A stretch of 64,000 nt of DNA from the human T2T-CHM13v2.0 reference genome, Homo sapiens, in the NCBI RefSeq assembly GCF_009914755.1, contig NC_060925.1. One strand, written 5' to 3'. Position numbers and translations under genes: made by a program. Positions 42,062-54,524 of the stretch are shown here, piece after piece (the stretch's first letter is position 1; the number at the start of each line of letters is the position of its first letter). The notes below the pieces were generated by a model. That model did not search any database. It saw only the letters and a program-made list of their open reading frames with translations, and was not told where the DNA came from.

Positions 42062-44797
42062 TACCTTAGTTCCTAGAACTGTCATATAAAAAATGACCAC
42101 AAAGTTAATATCTTTAAATAACTGAAACTTTTTGTCTCATAGTTCTGGAGGCCAGAAATCTGAAATCAAAGTATTGGTAGGGCAACTTCTGCTGAAGTTT
42201 CTAGGGGAGATTCTTCCTTGCCTCTTCCAGCTTCTGGTGGCTTCATGCATTCTAATATGGTTTGTCTGTGTCCCCACCCAAATCTCATCTTGAATTGTAG
42301 CTCACATAATCCCCACATGTGGTGGGAGGGACTCGGTGGGAGGTAATTGAATCATAGGGGTAAGTTTTCTCCTGCTGTTCTCACAATAGAGAGTAAGTCT
42401 CATGCGATCTGATGGTTTTATAAAGGGTAGTTCCCCTGCACACCCTCTTATCTGCCAGCATGTAAGACATGCCTTTACTATTCCTTCACCCTCCACCATG
42501 ATTGTGAGGCCTCCTCAGCCAAGTGCAACTGTGAGTTCATTAAAGTTCTTTATCTTTAAAAACCACCCAGTCTTGAGTAGGCCTTTATTAGTAGTGTGAG
42601 AACAGACTAATACAGTAAATTGGAACCAAGGGTGGGGTGCTACTGTAAAGATACCCAGAAATGTAGTAGTGACTTTGGAACAGGCAGGGGTTAGAAAAGT
42701 TTGGAGGGCTCATAAGGAAGTACAAAAATGTGGGTATGTCTGGAACTTCCTAGAAACTTGGAGGGCTAAGAAGACAGGAAGATGTGGGAATGTTTGGAAC
42801 TTTTTAGAGACTTGTTGAACAGTTTTGACCAAAATGCTAATAGTGATAAGGACAATAAAGTCCAGCCTGAGGTAGTCTCAGATATAGATGAGGAACTTAT
42901 TGGGAACTGAAGCAAAGGTGATTCTTGCTGTGTTTTAGCAAAGACACTGGTGGCATTTTGCCCCTGCCCTAGAGATCTGTGGAACTTTGAACTTGAGAGA
43001 GATGATTTAGGATATCTGGCAGAAGAAATTTCTAAGCAGCAAAGCCTTCAAGATGTGACTTGTGTGCTCTTAAAAGCACTGTTTTATTCATTTACAAACA
43101 TATAATTTGGATTAGAACTTATGTTTAAAAGGGAAGCAAAGCACAAAAGTTTGCAAAATTTGCAGCCTGATGATGCAACAGTTAAGAAAAATCCATTTTC
43201 TGAGGGGAAATTCAAGCTGGCTGCAGAAATTTGTATGAGTAACGAGGAGCCAAATGTTAATTACCAAGACAATGGGGAAAATGTCTCCAGGGTACCTCAG
43301 AGATCTTCACAGCAACCCCTCCCATCACAGGTTAGAGGAGGGAAAAATGGTTTTCTGGGCTGGGCCCAGGGCCTGGCTGCTTTGTGCAGTCTTGGGACTT
43401 GACACCCTCCATCCCACCCATGACTAAAAGGGGCCAATGTACAGCACAGCCTGTTGCTTCAGAGGGTGCAGGCCCCAAGCATTGGCAGCTTACATGTGGT
43501 GTTGGACCTGTGGGTGCATAGAAGTCAACAGTTTAGGTTTGTGAAGCACTAGCTAGATTTCAGAGGATGTATGGAAATGCCTGGATATCCAGGCAGAAGT
43601 GTGCTGCAGCGATGACACACCCACTGTGGCACTGCCTAGTGGAGCACCACCCTGCAGACCCCAGAATGGAAGATCTACCAACAGCTTGAAACATGCACCT
43701 GGAAAAGCTGCAGACCTCAATGACAGCCTGTGAAAGTAGCCAGAAGGGAGGTTGTACCCTGAAAAGCCAAAAGGATGGAGCTGACCAAGGCTGTGGGAGC
43801 CCACCTTTTGCATCAACATAATCTAGATATGAGACATGGAGTCAAAGGAGATCATTTTGGATCTTTAAGGTTTACTGACTGCCCTATTGAATTTTGGATT
43901 TGCATGCAGCCTGTAGCCCCTTTGTTTTGGCCAATTTCTCCTATTTTAAATAGATGTATTTATCCAATGCCTGTACCCCCATTGTATCTAGGAAGTAACA
44001 GGTCTACAAGTCAAGGAATGCAGACAGCCTCCAGTTGCTTTAGATTTTACAGGCTTGTAGGCAGAAGGGACTTGTCTTCTCTCAGATGAGACTTTGGGCT
44101 GTGGACTTTTGAGATAATGCTGAAATGAATTAAGACTTTGGGGAACTGTTGGGAAGACATGATTGTTTTTAAAATGTGAGGACGTGAGATTTGGGAGCAG
44201 CTCAGGGAAAAATAATATGGTTTGGCTGTGTTCCTATCAAATTTCATCTTGAATTGTAGCTTCCATAATCCCCATGTGTCATGGGAGGGGCCGGTGGGAG
44301 GTAATTAAATCATGGGGGTGGGTTTTCTTTTGCTGCTCACATGATAATGAATAAGTCTCATGAGATTTGATGGTTTTATAAAGGGCAGTTCCCCTGCACA
44401 TGCTCTCTTGCCTGCCACCATGTAAGAGATGCCTTTGTTCCTCCTTCACCTTCCACCATGATTGTGAGGCCTCCCCAGCCATGTGGAATTATAAGTCAAT
44501 TAAACTTCTTTTTTTTTAATAAATTATCCAGTCTCAGGTATGTCTTTATTAGCAGCGTGAGAATAAACTAATACACATTCCTTGGATTGATGAACCCATA
44601 TAACTCTAAACAGGCTATTCTTCCTTCTATTGTATTATAAAGACATTTATCACAAATCTAGGGTCCACCGTAATCCAGAAAGGTCTTATCTCAAGAGCCT
44701 TAACAACATTTGCAAAGACCATTTTCCAAACAAAGTCACATTTGTGGGTAGCGGCTGGACAGATCATTTGGAGCTACCTACCACTCACCCCGTTACA
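42062..44797 (-). mobile_element. MLT1C-like LTR, split (42062-42252 and 44576-44797) by the THE1 provirus
   Basis: tctcatagttctggaggccagaaatctgaaatcaa...cttccttgcctcttccagcttctggtggc; atttgcaaagaccattttccaaacaaagtcacatt; flanks tatag/tataa. Confidence 0.78.
42253..44575 (+). mobile_element. Full-length THE1 (D-like) MaLR provirus: LTR 42253-42614, internal 42615-44212, LTR 44213-44575
   Basis: Two ~362-bp direct repeats taatatggttt...ctaataca; THE1-int motifs; perfect 5-bp TSD CATTC at 42248-42252 and 44576-44580. Confidence 0.95.
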
Positions 44798-47039
44798 TAT
44801 AACAAAAGGAAATTAAGGTTGTAGTTGAAATTAAAGTTGTTAATCAGTTGACATTAAAATGGGGAGAATGTCCTGGATTATCTGGACAGGCCCACTGTAA
44901 TCACAAGGTTTCTTAAAAATAAAATAAACAGCAGAAGAGTACGTCAGAGAATATTAAGTACAATGTGTAAAGGAATTAACTGAATATTTCTGTCTTTGAA
45001 CATGGAAGAATGGGTCTACAAGTTAAGAAATGCAGACAGCCTCTAGTTGCTGGGAAAGACAAGGAAACTTCTCCTGTCGAGACTCCTAAAATAATATAGC
45101 TCTTTGACCTACAGAATTGCAAGATAATACATTTTTGTTGTTTTAAGTCATTAAGTTTGTGGTAATTTGTTTCAGCAGCAGTAGTAAATTAATACATATA
45201 ATTATTTGATTTTACCTAGAAGTTGACAAGTATACATCAATGGTATGGGAAAGCATCATCCACTCACAGTAAACCACAGCAATGGGAAAAATAAATGTAA
45301 CATTTTTTATGTGACAGTTGTAAGAATTAAGAAAATCTGTTAATAAATTTATATATAACATAAAGCATAGTGAATAAAGACGCAAAAATTCATTAAAAAC
45401 TAATAAACAGAGCAATACATCAGTGCTAAAATTAAATAACTGTAACAATCTTAAATTGAAAACTTGAAGATTACAAAAGACCTCAGAATACCAAATTCAA
45501 CATACAGTTCTCAAGTCCATTTGCTCTCACTTTATACTGTCAACTCTGTCCTTACAACATTTTACTCTCTTCATTTCTGTAGCAATTGATGGTGTTTGAC
45601 TGTTTTGATTTTTTTCACTCACTAAATCTTTGTCCACTAACTCTAGAATTTTTAAAATTTTGTTGCGACTGATGCTGAGCACCTTTCTTAGAGTGAATAC
45701 AATAGAAAACCCAGAAAAAAAGTAAGATATGTTTAACCACATGCGTTATTAAAACTGTGTCTAAATTTGAATATGAGGGAAAAAATAATAGTAGTTTAAA
45801 CATACTAGAAGCTTATTCTGGAATTAAGAAGTCCACAGTTTGTATGGTGGCTTTGCTCCATGAAACTCACCACTCATCCATTCTTTAAAATATTACTCTT
45901 AATTTCTAAATATGCATATGCATTTTAGCAATAGAATGAAGAAATTAATAACAAAAAACAGGGAATGAGCACGCAAAATTGTCTTTGAGGGAAGTTTCTG
46001 TAAGCTACACATGATATCCAAGTTACATTCTATTGTCCAAATCTTAGATGCATGTCCACCATTAACTACAAGAGGAGCTGAGAAGTGTAGTGTTTTTCCT
46101 TGTCTTTGTGCATAGCTGAAAAATTTGTTACTATGGGAGAAGTAGAGAAGTGCTGCTGGGGCCACACAACCTCTACAACACTAATTAAAATTTAAACAAC
46201 AATTTAAAATACCATAAACCATATTAAAATTGGGAAATACTGCAATTTATAGACAGCAAGTAGAAAGCACAATATAAATTCATACTAGTTAATAAAAATG
46301 ATGGAAAACTCTAATAACAAATACAAATAAGGGACAAAAAGATGGAAAATGGGACAGAGGAAAACAATCTATGAAAGAAATTTCACCATTCAATAAATTA
46401 AAAGGATTCAAATAAAAATAAGAAGAGCTTTGTTTGTTTATATTTTGCTCTAATATTCCAACCAAGAATGCCAGAAACACAACTTTCATAATATTGGAAT
46501 AAAGGACAAAAACCTCTAAAGGAGAGTTAACTGTGGGAAAATAGATTTTTGTCAATACTAAGACATTACCCTCTTTCATTAATAGAAGGGAACTCTCAAC
46601 CTTAGGTTAATCACACAGAGGTATGAATGAGAATCCAAAGGGTAATTGTCCCCTTGACTGGTAAAGTTTCTGGACTTGAATTCCTTTTGGTCAGATCAGA
46701 ATAAAAGGAATCATGCCCAAACAGATGCCGCATTTGCCAGTGACATTTTATTCATGTATTAAACAGCCTCAGATTGTTTGCGTATTACTATAATTCCCAA
46801 ATGAAGAATGATAATTTGGGAACTACTTTTGTTCCAAGTGAATAGTTATCCTTTTGTCTTGCGGGACAAGACAGTGAAGACAGTGAAGAATAAAATTATA
46901 TTTATATGAAGGTGAAAGGGAATACAGCTTGTATTGAAGAAGTTAACATTTTTCACATGCAGAATTATAACCTTTTCCCTATAGTATTTCAAATGTATTA
47001 TCTATAATGTACATCATGCATAATTATGATTTATTGGGT

Positions 47040-47685
47040 ATTTAGATAAGGTTTCTGCTTATCTTGCCAGCTTCAGCACACTCCATGCCAAACACCATTC
47101 TACAGCCATACTGAATGTTTTCCCCAACATGGCATCAAGTCTCCAACCTCTGAGCCTTTGCACTTGCTGTTCTTTCTACCTGCATTGTTCTCTAGTCACC
47201 TTCCCCTATGTTACTGTCAGGGTTGCACAGATAAGTAGACAGTGTGGGGGTGGGGGAAGATTAAACAAACAAACAAAAAACCCTATTTTTCATTCTGCGC
47301 TATTTCATGGTACCAACTCAATGTCACAGATCCCAGACTTGGAAGGCAATGCACACAGCATGCTCTCACTAGCTAGTGATAGCTGTCACCATGCATCAGG
47401 GCCTCAATGTCTCTTTAACTGTTTTATTCCTGTTTGTTTTCCCCATTTTAGACTTTTTGTCCTTTTCTTCAAGAAGTCTTTTTAATCTCCCCTCCCAAGT
47501 TTGATTATTGATCCTCCCTTATACTGACATTGCACTGCATAATGAGCCTATCTTAACTCTTTCAGCATATGTCATTATTGCCAGTATACATCATTAGATC
47601 ATAAGCTACTGGAGGGCAAAGACTTCTAGAAGCACGTCCAGTACCTGACCCATAGTAGATGTTCAATAAATATTTGTTAAAGTAG
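47040..47685 (+). mobile_element. L2 fragments (approximate)
   Basis: gcctttgcacttgctgtt...; tagatcataagctactggagggcaaagac...catagtagatgttcaataaatatttgtt L2 3' end. Confidence 0.6.
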
Positions 47686-49379
47686 CACATGCATGTGAGA
47701 ACACAATTATGAAATAATTTGTGAAATAAAAAAATTATTAGTTTATAAGCAGTAAGTCAGTTATAGGGTCACAGTATTTATGACCTAAGAACATGAATCA
47801 TATGCAAGTGAATCTCAAGAGAAAAAAAATGAGTACATATTATATGACAGAACTCATAGAATTTTTTATAAGTATTTATGGAACACTCACTTTGTGCCAG
47901 CTACTCTTGTAATGCTTGGGACATTTGTCAAGACAATACTCAATGGTCCCTTCTATCCAAACAATACAGTAATATAGTCTTCATAAACTGTAAGAGGCAG
48001 CACCAGACTCACTGTTTTAAGCAAGTGTTTAAAATGACATATGCGTTATTTAAATTTTACATTACCATATTTATTCCTGTTATTTAGAGACATTTAAGGA
48101 ATATGGTTTAAATTGAGCCTAAACTTCTTTTAATAAATGTACTATTTTAAGTTAATCAGTTGATAAATTTTCAGAGAACACATTTAAATCCTGATGTCTT
48201 GCTAATAAAATCTAGAAATGACTTAGATGGTAAATTACTAAGAACTTTAAGGCTATTAAGAGGTGCTGAAAATTGCTAGTCTGCCATTTGGCACGGCTAT
48301 CTAATGTCAATTGCCATACTCTTTCTGTTTTAGGCATAATATTACCTCTCCCACCAATCAGTGTTTCTTAAACTGCCATATTGCAATGAAACCAGAACAG
48401 TTATTAAGTATTGCTGCTCATAGGACCCAAATTGTGGCAAAAATAAATAGTGGCAGTTTTATGTCATTGCCTCTGATCCACAAAGGATAAATTAAACTTT
48501 CAAAAATCTGAAGAATATGATGAGAAAGTAGAAAAAGAATGAATTCATCGACATAGAAATATCAGATACATATGATACACATGTATATGTGTAACTGTGT
48601 AGTTATATCCCTAAGGAGTCTAGACCTTTGGGAAAAAAGGAGTTGTTAACTCTATTGGGAAGATGCTTTTGAATATATTAGGCAATTGTAGTATGAAGGG
48701 CTGAGATGAGGAAACATTGCTGCTAGAAATCCCCAGAAAATTCATCATTAGGTATATAAAGAGACAGAACAGTAAAATGTCTACTTGAAAACATCTTGTA
48801 ACTAATTTCAAGGGCAAGGACCCTGACAGAGTAAGTAGCTTATAAGGAATGAAAATTAAAGTGTATCCAAGAAACCAAAGACTTAAGTTTGAAACTACAG
48901 TTTGGCGTTTATTTCTGATATCCAGAGTGTTACTCGCAGTGTCACATAATGATATTCAGAAGCAAAAATATGATTTAGCCCATGAACAAACAACAATAAC
49001 CTTCAAAGAAATAAAGCAATCAAATTAATAAAAACTAATATATATATCCAGTCTATACTTTCATCCAAATATATGTGTAAACATAAATATAAATGCATAC
49101 ATTATGTTAATGATATATAATATGAATATTTATATATGTTTTATTTATTGATTTATTTATCACACATCTACTCCATTGGAGCATATAATCTGAGAAAATT
49201 GAATATGCATAATATGCATATTGGAGGTTAGGCCGTACATAAGACAGCCTATAATGAAGTAACAGGTTAAAATATCACAAACAAAGAAGCTGCTTCTTAG
49301 GAAAATTCTCAATCTCCTGTGTTACACATGGCAGGAGTACCTGGGTCATCTATTTCAGAGATGTCATCATTACAATGAA

Positions 49380-49585
49380 AGAAATGAATGGTTTTGAGCA
49401 CTCTACATGTATTTATTCATTTTATTTACATAAAAACTTATGAAATAACATACTATAATTGTGCACATTTTACTGATTAGGAAACAGAGCCCAGTGTAGT
49501 TGAGTAGTACACCAAGGTTACATAGGCAATAGGTTGTAAAATCAAAATTTGAAAATACGCAGACTTACGTGGAAAACTGGAGCTC
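49380..49585 (-). mobile_element. MIR fragment
   Basis: cattttactgattaggaaacagagcccag...ccaaggttacataggc antisense MIR core. Confidence 0.6.
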
Positions 49586-50049
49586 TTCTAAACCATTATA
49601 GCCCACAGTCTCAGAGAATGTAGTGAGTTAAATCTGATTAAAATAAATGTACCAACTATGTAAATTTAAAAAAAACAGAGGAGGAGAGAAGATTCAGTCT
49701 CACTTTAGATTAAGCATAATGCAGGAGTTAATACTTCAATGCAAGTTCAAATTTGAAATGCCACAGGAAAAAAAAAATTGTAATCTCTGGAACCATTTTT
49801 CTTCAGAAATCATTAAGTCTAATATCTCTCTTTGACCCCAAATTTTTACCCTTTTACCACTTTAATTTCTTTATTAAATTTTTCTTTTTATTCAAGCTGA
49901 TTGACATACTAACTTCATTTTCTCGGTCTTTGGATGTATGTTCTGTGTTTATGAAAAATGAGTGAATGGAATATATGAATGAGGGAACAGCATAATAAAT
50001 GCTGCAGAAGTAGGAATGAGCTCTGTTAAAAATTTTGAATTAACTCTTT

Positions 50050-50530
50050 GTTTCACTCAAAGTCAAAACTGAAGCACTTAAAATCCTCTGTAAGCCTCAC
50101 GATGAGCTTCCTCCTCACCTCTATGTCTATGACCTTTCTCCTCCAATGCTCCCTTGCTCCAACCACATTGACATCTTTTTTCTTCAACTACTATATATAA
50201 GCTGCTGCCTCAAGGCTTTGTTCAATCCTGCTCACTGCTTGCAACACTATCTTATTTCTTCAAGACTCTGTTCTTATGCTACCTTGCCAATAAGGCTCGC
50301 TCCATAGTTTAATGTTATCATCTGTCTCCATGACCTATCCAGAGCATTGAACCACCCTTACTTTACAATGCTTTTGTTTTTCTTTAAGCATGTATCATGC
50401 TCTAACATGATATATTAAATGTTTTATGTATTATGTTTATTGTTTGTGTCTCCTTGTTATAATGTAAGCTCCACAAGATTGGAAATCTTCTATCCACTAA
50501 TATATCTGCTCAATAAATATATGCTGTGTA
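50050..50530 (+). mobile_element. L2 3' fragment
   Basis: ataatgtaagctccacaaga...tgctcaataaatat. Confidence 0.55.
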
Positions 50531-51501
50531 AATGCCTACCAGCAATGTACAGTATAAATGTATCTCTTTACAGGGCAACACGTGATTCATCATGGGAGGT
50601 AGCAGCACTAAAATTTGGCTTGGAGGGCATTATCCCCTAAGTTCCACTAAACCCTTTAAACCAACCTGAAATATGTAAGGGCAATTTGCTATACAAATGC
50701 AGCTTGAAAATGGATAATCTGACTTACCGTTACAAGCAAGAGTTCCACTCTAAGTGTCCTCTAGTTTGAAATTTAGGAAGATCTTCTATTGCTGACTTAG
50801 GATAGAAGACTGTTGCAATTTGTAGATTTTTAGAATATTTCACATTTATTCAGCCATCAAATCAAAATTGCTTACACAGGGGAGATCAAGATGAAAGTGT
50901 GTGATTCCTTGCTAAACTGGTCTGGGTACTGCATAAATGTTTGATGAATGCTGAATGAATGCGTATACAGAGGGCACTGAATGCTCTGGTGTAAAAATCA
51001 CTTAATCTCCCTGGGGTTTATTTCCTCATGTGCAAAATGGGAATGAAAGATAAAATTTAAGGTGTATTTTCTATAAATCCATGATTTGAAGATTATAAGG
51101 CTTCTGTAAGTCCATGATTTGATTCAATGAAGAGCAACAAACTACCAAAAATTATTAGGTATAGAGATATCAGAAAGTGATATTTGATAAGGATTACTTT
51201 TGACAAGGATTTGCAACGTGAATCAAAGAGAGAGAGGCAGAGACAGAGAAAAGACAAGCAGAGAAAAACCGAAATAGATACATATGTACAGAAACTGAAA
51301 GCTGAGAAAACAGAAAGAGCTTAAAGAGCCATTAAGGCCAAGCCTCTGGTATTGAAGTTTAGAGAGAAAAATACAAATGTAACACTGTTTTAAGGGAGAG
51401 ATCAACAACAGTTGGTGTCACTATTGGTAAGTGAGAATTCTGAGATGTGTATGCAAACTTCTTAATCATCTGTAAATCTGCTCAGGAACTGAGTTTGAAC
51501 A

Positions 51502-51831
51502 AATATATATATATTATATATATAAATAAAATATATATATTTTAGACAGAGTCTCTTGCTGTTGCCCAGGCTGGAGTGCAGAGGAGTGAAGTGACCTCGG
51601 CTCACTGCAACCTTCATCTTCCACATTCAATCCTTCATCTTCCTGCCTCAGCCTCCTGAGTAGCAGGGCTTACAGGCATGCACCACCACACCCAGCTAAT
51701 TTTTGTATTTTCAGTAGAGACTTGGTTTCAACATGTTGGCCAGACTGGTTTTGAACTCCTGATCTCAAGTGATCAGCCCACCTCGACCTCCCAAAGTGCT
51801 AGGAATACAGGCATGAGCCACTACACCTGGC
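51502..51831 (-). mobile_element. Alu, AluS-like, with AT-rich tail
   Basis: Antisense dimer agacagagtctc...catgagccactacacctggc; tail degenerated to (TA)n. Confidence 0.92.
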
Positions 51832-52590
51832 ACAACATTTTAAAGATTAAGAAAAAGCTCTTAAAACAAAAATGAGGCTAAGGAGGTACAGTCCAAAAAG
51901 CATGAGTGGAGAAAATGGAGGGAAAAATTATAATTAATACATAGTTTTATATATTATATAAAGTACCATTAACTTTCAAAATTTTCATTACATTCCAAAT
52001 TTTGTGGTGATAGAATGAACTATTATGCACTTTGTATATCTGAAGACATCATAAATATATTAGTCGAATGAATGCTTGTTGTCTGAATTCACCCTGAATT
52101 ATTCTCTTGCTATTTGGCATGGATTTAGAAAGAGAAAAAGAGGTGGAAACAATCAAAAGAAGAGAGGGATCTTGATAAATGAAAATGTTTCCATGGATAA
52201 ACTGACTCTGCTAGAGATTGTTTGAACCAAATGAATTGAATACAAGACAATTTGAAATTTCTCCATTAGGTAACCTGGAAAAGAATTCAAGTGACTTGCA
52301 GATTTTCCTAAGGAAAATAACACCTTCAATGACTGCTAATTTCCGATCCCAATGAACAACTAATTTTTAAACTGTATGACTTTCACATTTTGTGGAAGAC
52401 ACAGTTAATTAATTGCAAATAGGTTGACTTTACAAGATATGTAATCTATCTTAACATTCCAGCTCAAAACTGTTTTATCTATATGAACACTCTTAAAGGG
52501 ATGAAAATGTTAAGAATGGCATATATTGTTGCGGGAAGTCAGGGACTCCGAATGGAGGGACTTGGACCTGCTGAAGCCGTGACAGAAGAA

Positions 52591-53150
52591 GTTTTATCTG
52601 GGCTACTTGCCAAACAAGGGAAGGCATGGCCCATGTTAAAAAACATCTATATTCTTGCTTTGCAGTTATGGGGCTTCCATATCAAATAAAGACAGACAAC
52701 GCCCCTGTATATGTTAGTAAGGCTTTTGATTTATTTATGCAACAGTGGGGAATTTCCCATATTACTAGAATCCCTTACAATCCTCAAGGACAAGCTGTGG
52801 TGAAATGGGCCAATTGCACTTTAAAAACCCAATTGTCCAAACAATCTAAAAAACAAAAATGTAATGTAACTACCCCCCACTCCCAATTACATTTGGCATT
52901 GTTTACTTTAAATTTTTTGAATTTATGAAAGATGATAATCTAACTGCAGACGAACGCCATTATACAGGCAGAAAATTCTCCCTAAACAAAGGCAAGCCAG
53001 TGTTATGGAAAAACTCCCAAACCAATACCTAGGAACCTGGCACAATTATAATGTGGGGAAGAAGATATGCTTGTGTTTCACCAGGAGATCATCAATCCCC
53101 TGTCTGGGTACCCATCAGGAGACTCAAGCTTCGGGTGAATACTGACAATG
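52591..53150 (+). pseudogene. pol: Betaretroviral pol, integrase core and C-terminal remnant
   Basis: [19 protein letters not shown](K) motif with the DDE glutamate position read as K; WGRRYACV C-terminal motif; stops present. Confidence 0.9.
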
Positions 53151-53158
53151 AAAACCAC

Positions 53159-54510
53159 ATGGAAAAGATGTCCGTGTCAGAGACCACCCTCAGACGTGTT
53201 GAGATCTGTGCCAACTCCTTAGAAGCTGGCACACCAAATCACAATGGGTCTGATTCAATCCTCCCTGGTAGCAACGGAGACCCATCTAACTAATCCCACT
53301 TCTCCTGATTACCTTTGTTTTTCTCCTTACAAACCTAAAAATCTCACCATTTCTATTAGCCTGAAAATAACATCCCTTTGTTCTTCTCATCCTCCTTCAG
53401 CACTGAATCTCGCTTAAACTAGGTTTTATTTAATGATTCTCTTCCTTATACTTTCTGTCTCACAGAACAACAGACAGAATAGTTTCCCCTTCCCATACTC
53501 GCAGTCCAGACATGGCAATAGCCAATTTCCAAAGTTCTGGGTGTTCTGTTGTCCCCGATACCATCCCTCGCCCTCAGTATCAGTGTAGATCCAGACATTC
53601 TGTTTTACTTACCTCCAACCTGACTGTTCCCATGCAGAGTTGTGTTAAGCCTCCTTATATGCTGTTAGTGGGAAATATCAAAATTTGGATGAACAATCAA
53701 ACTGTCCGATGCATTAATTGTCATGTATACACTTGTATTACCTCCCATTTTGACTCCAGGAAAAGTGTAATGTTGGTTCTAGCTCGAGAAGGAATCTGGA
53801 TTCTGGTAACTTTGCCCAGACCTTGGGAATCCTCCCTGTCAATACGTTTAATTAATGAAGTGTTACAGCGAATTCTAAAAAGATCTAAGAGATTTGTTTT
53901 CACTTTAATCGCTGTGATCATGGGCCTAATTACAGTCACTGCACTGGCCACCACTGCCGGAATGGCGTTACATCAATCTGTTCAAACGGCTCATTTTGCT
54001 AATGATTGGCAAGCCAATTCCAACCAGATGTGGAATTCTCAACAAGGCATTGATCAAATATTGGCTGCTATTTGACTTGGAGATCGGGTAGTGAGTCTTG
54101 AACATCGCATGCAAATGCAGTGTGATTGGAACACTTCGTATTTCTGTATCACCGCGTATTCCTATGATGAGACTGATCATTCATGGGAAATGGTCAAAGG
54201 ACACCTTCTGGGTAGGGAAGATAATTTGTCATTGGACATAACTAAATTAAAGAAACAGATTTTTGAAGCCTCTCAAGCTCATTTATCCATTGTGCCTGGA
54301 GCTGAGGCATTAGATCATGTGGCAGAAAATCTTTCTGGACTAAACCCCACAACTTGGATTAAGTCTATTGGGGGGCTCCACTGTAGTAAATTTTGGAATT
54401 ATGTTTCTCTGTTTAATTGACTTGTTTTTAGTGTGCCAGACCAGTCAAAGAATCCTGTGTCAAAATCAAGAGAATGAACAAGTTTCAATGCCATGGCACA
54501 TTTATATAAA
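53159..54510 (+). pseudogene. env: HML env remnant (signal region, end of SU, TM), disrupted
   Basis: [11 protein letters not shown], furin site KRSKR followed by fusion peptide [22 protein letters not shown] (CX7C) TM motif; break at ~54070 and frameshift at ~54375; start coordinate approximate. Confidence 0.88.
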
Positions 54511-54524
54511 AAGAAAGGGAGAGA

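Larger units (their letters stand above)
41986..45196 (+). mobile_element. MLT1D-like LTR, split in two (41986-42061 and 44798-45196) by nested insertions
   Basis: gaacctgtggatatgttacttta...tatag | tataacaaaaggaaattaaggttgtag continuity; ends ttgtttcagcagcagtagtaaattaataca. Confidence 0.75.

Noticed and set aside
42700-42815. Duplicated ttggagggct...ggaactt..tagagactt block in THE1-int
   Set aside because: As I recall, commonly present in THE1/MST internal sequences, so not locus-specific
52590-52600. LTR-pol junction as a spliced retrocopy
   Set aside because: Breakpoint lies in U3 with no GT donor, and the full 3' LTR plus 6-bp TSD indicate integrase-mediated insertion followed by deletion
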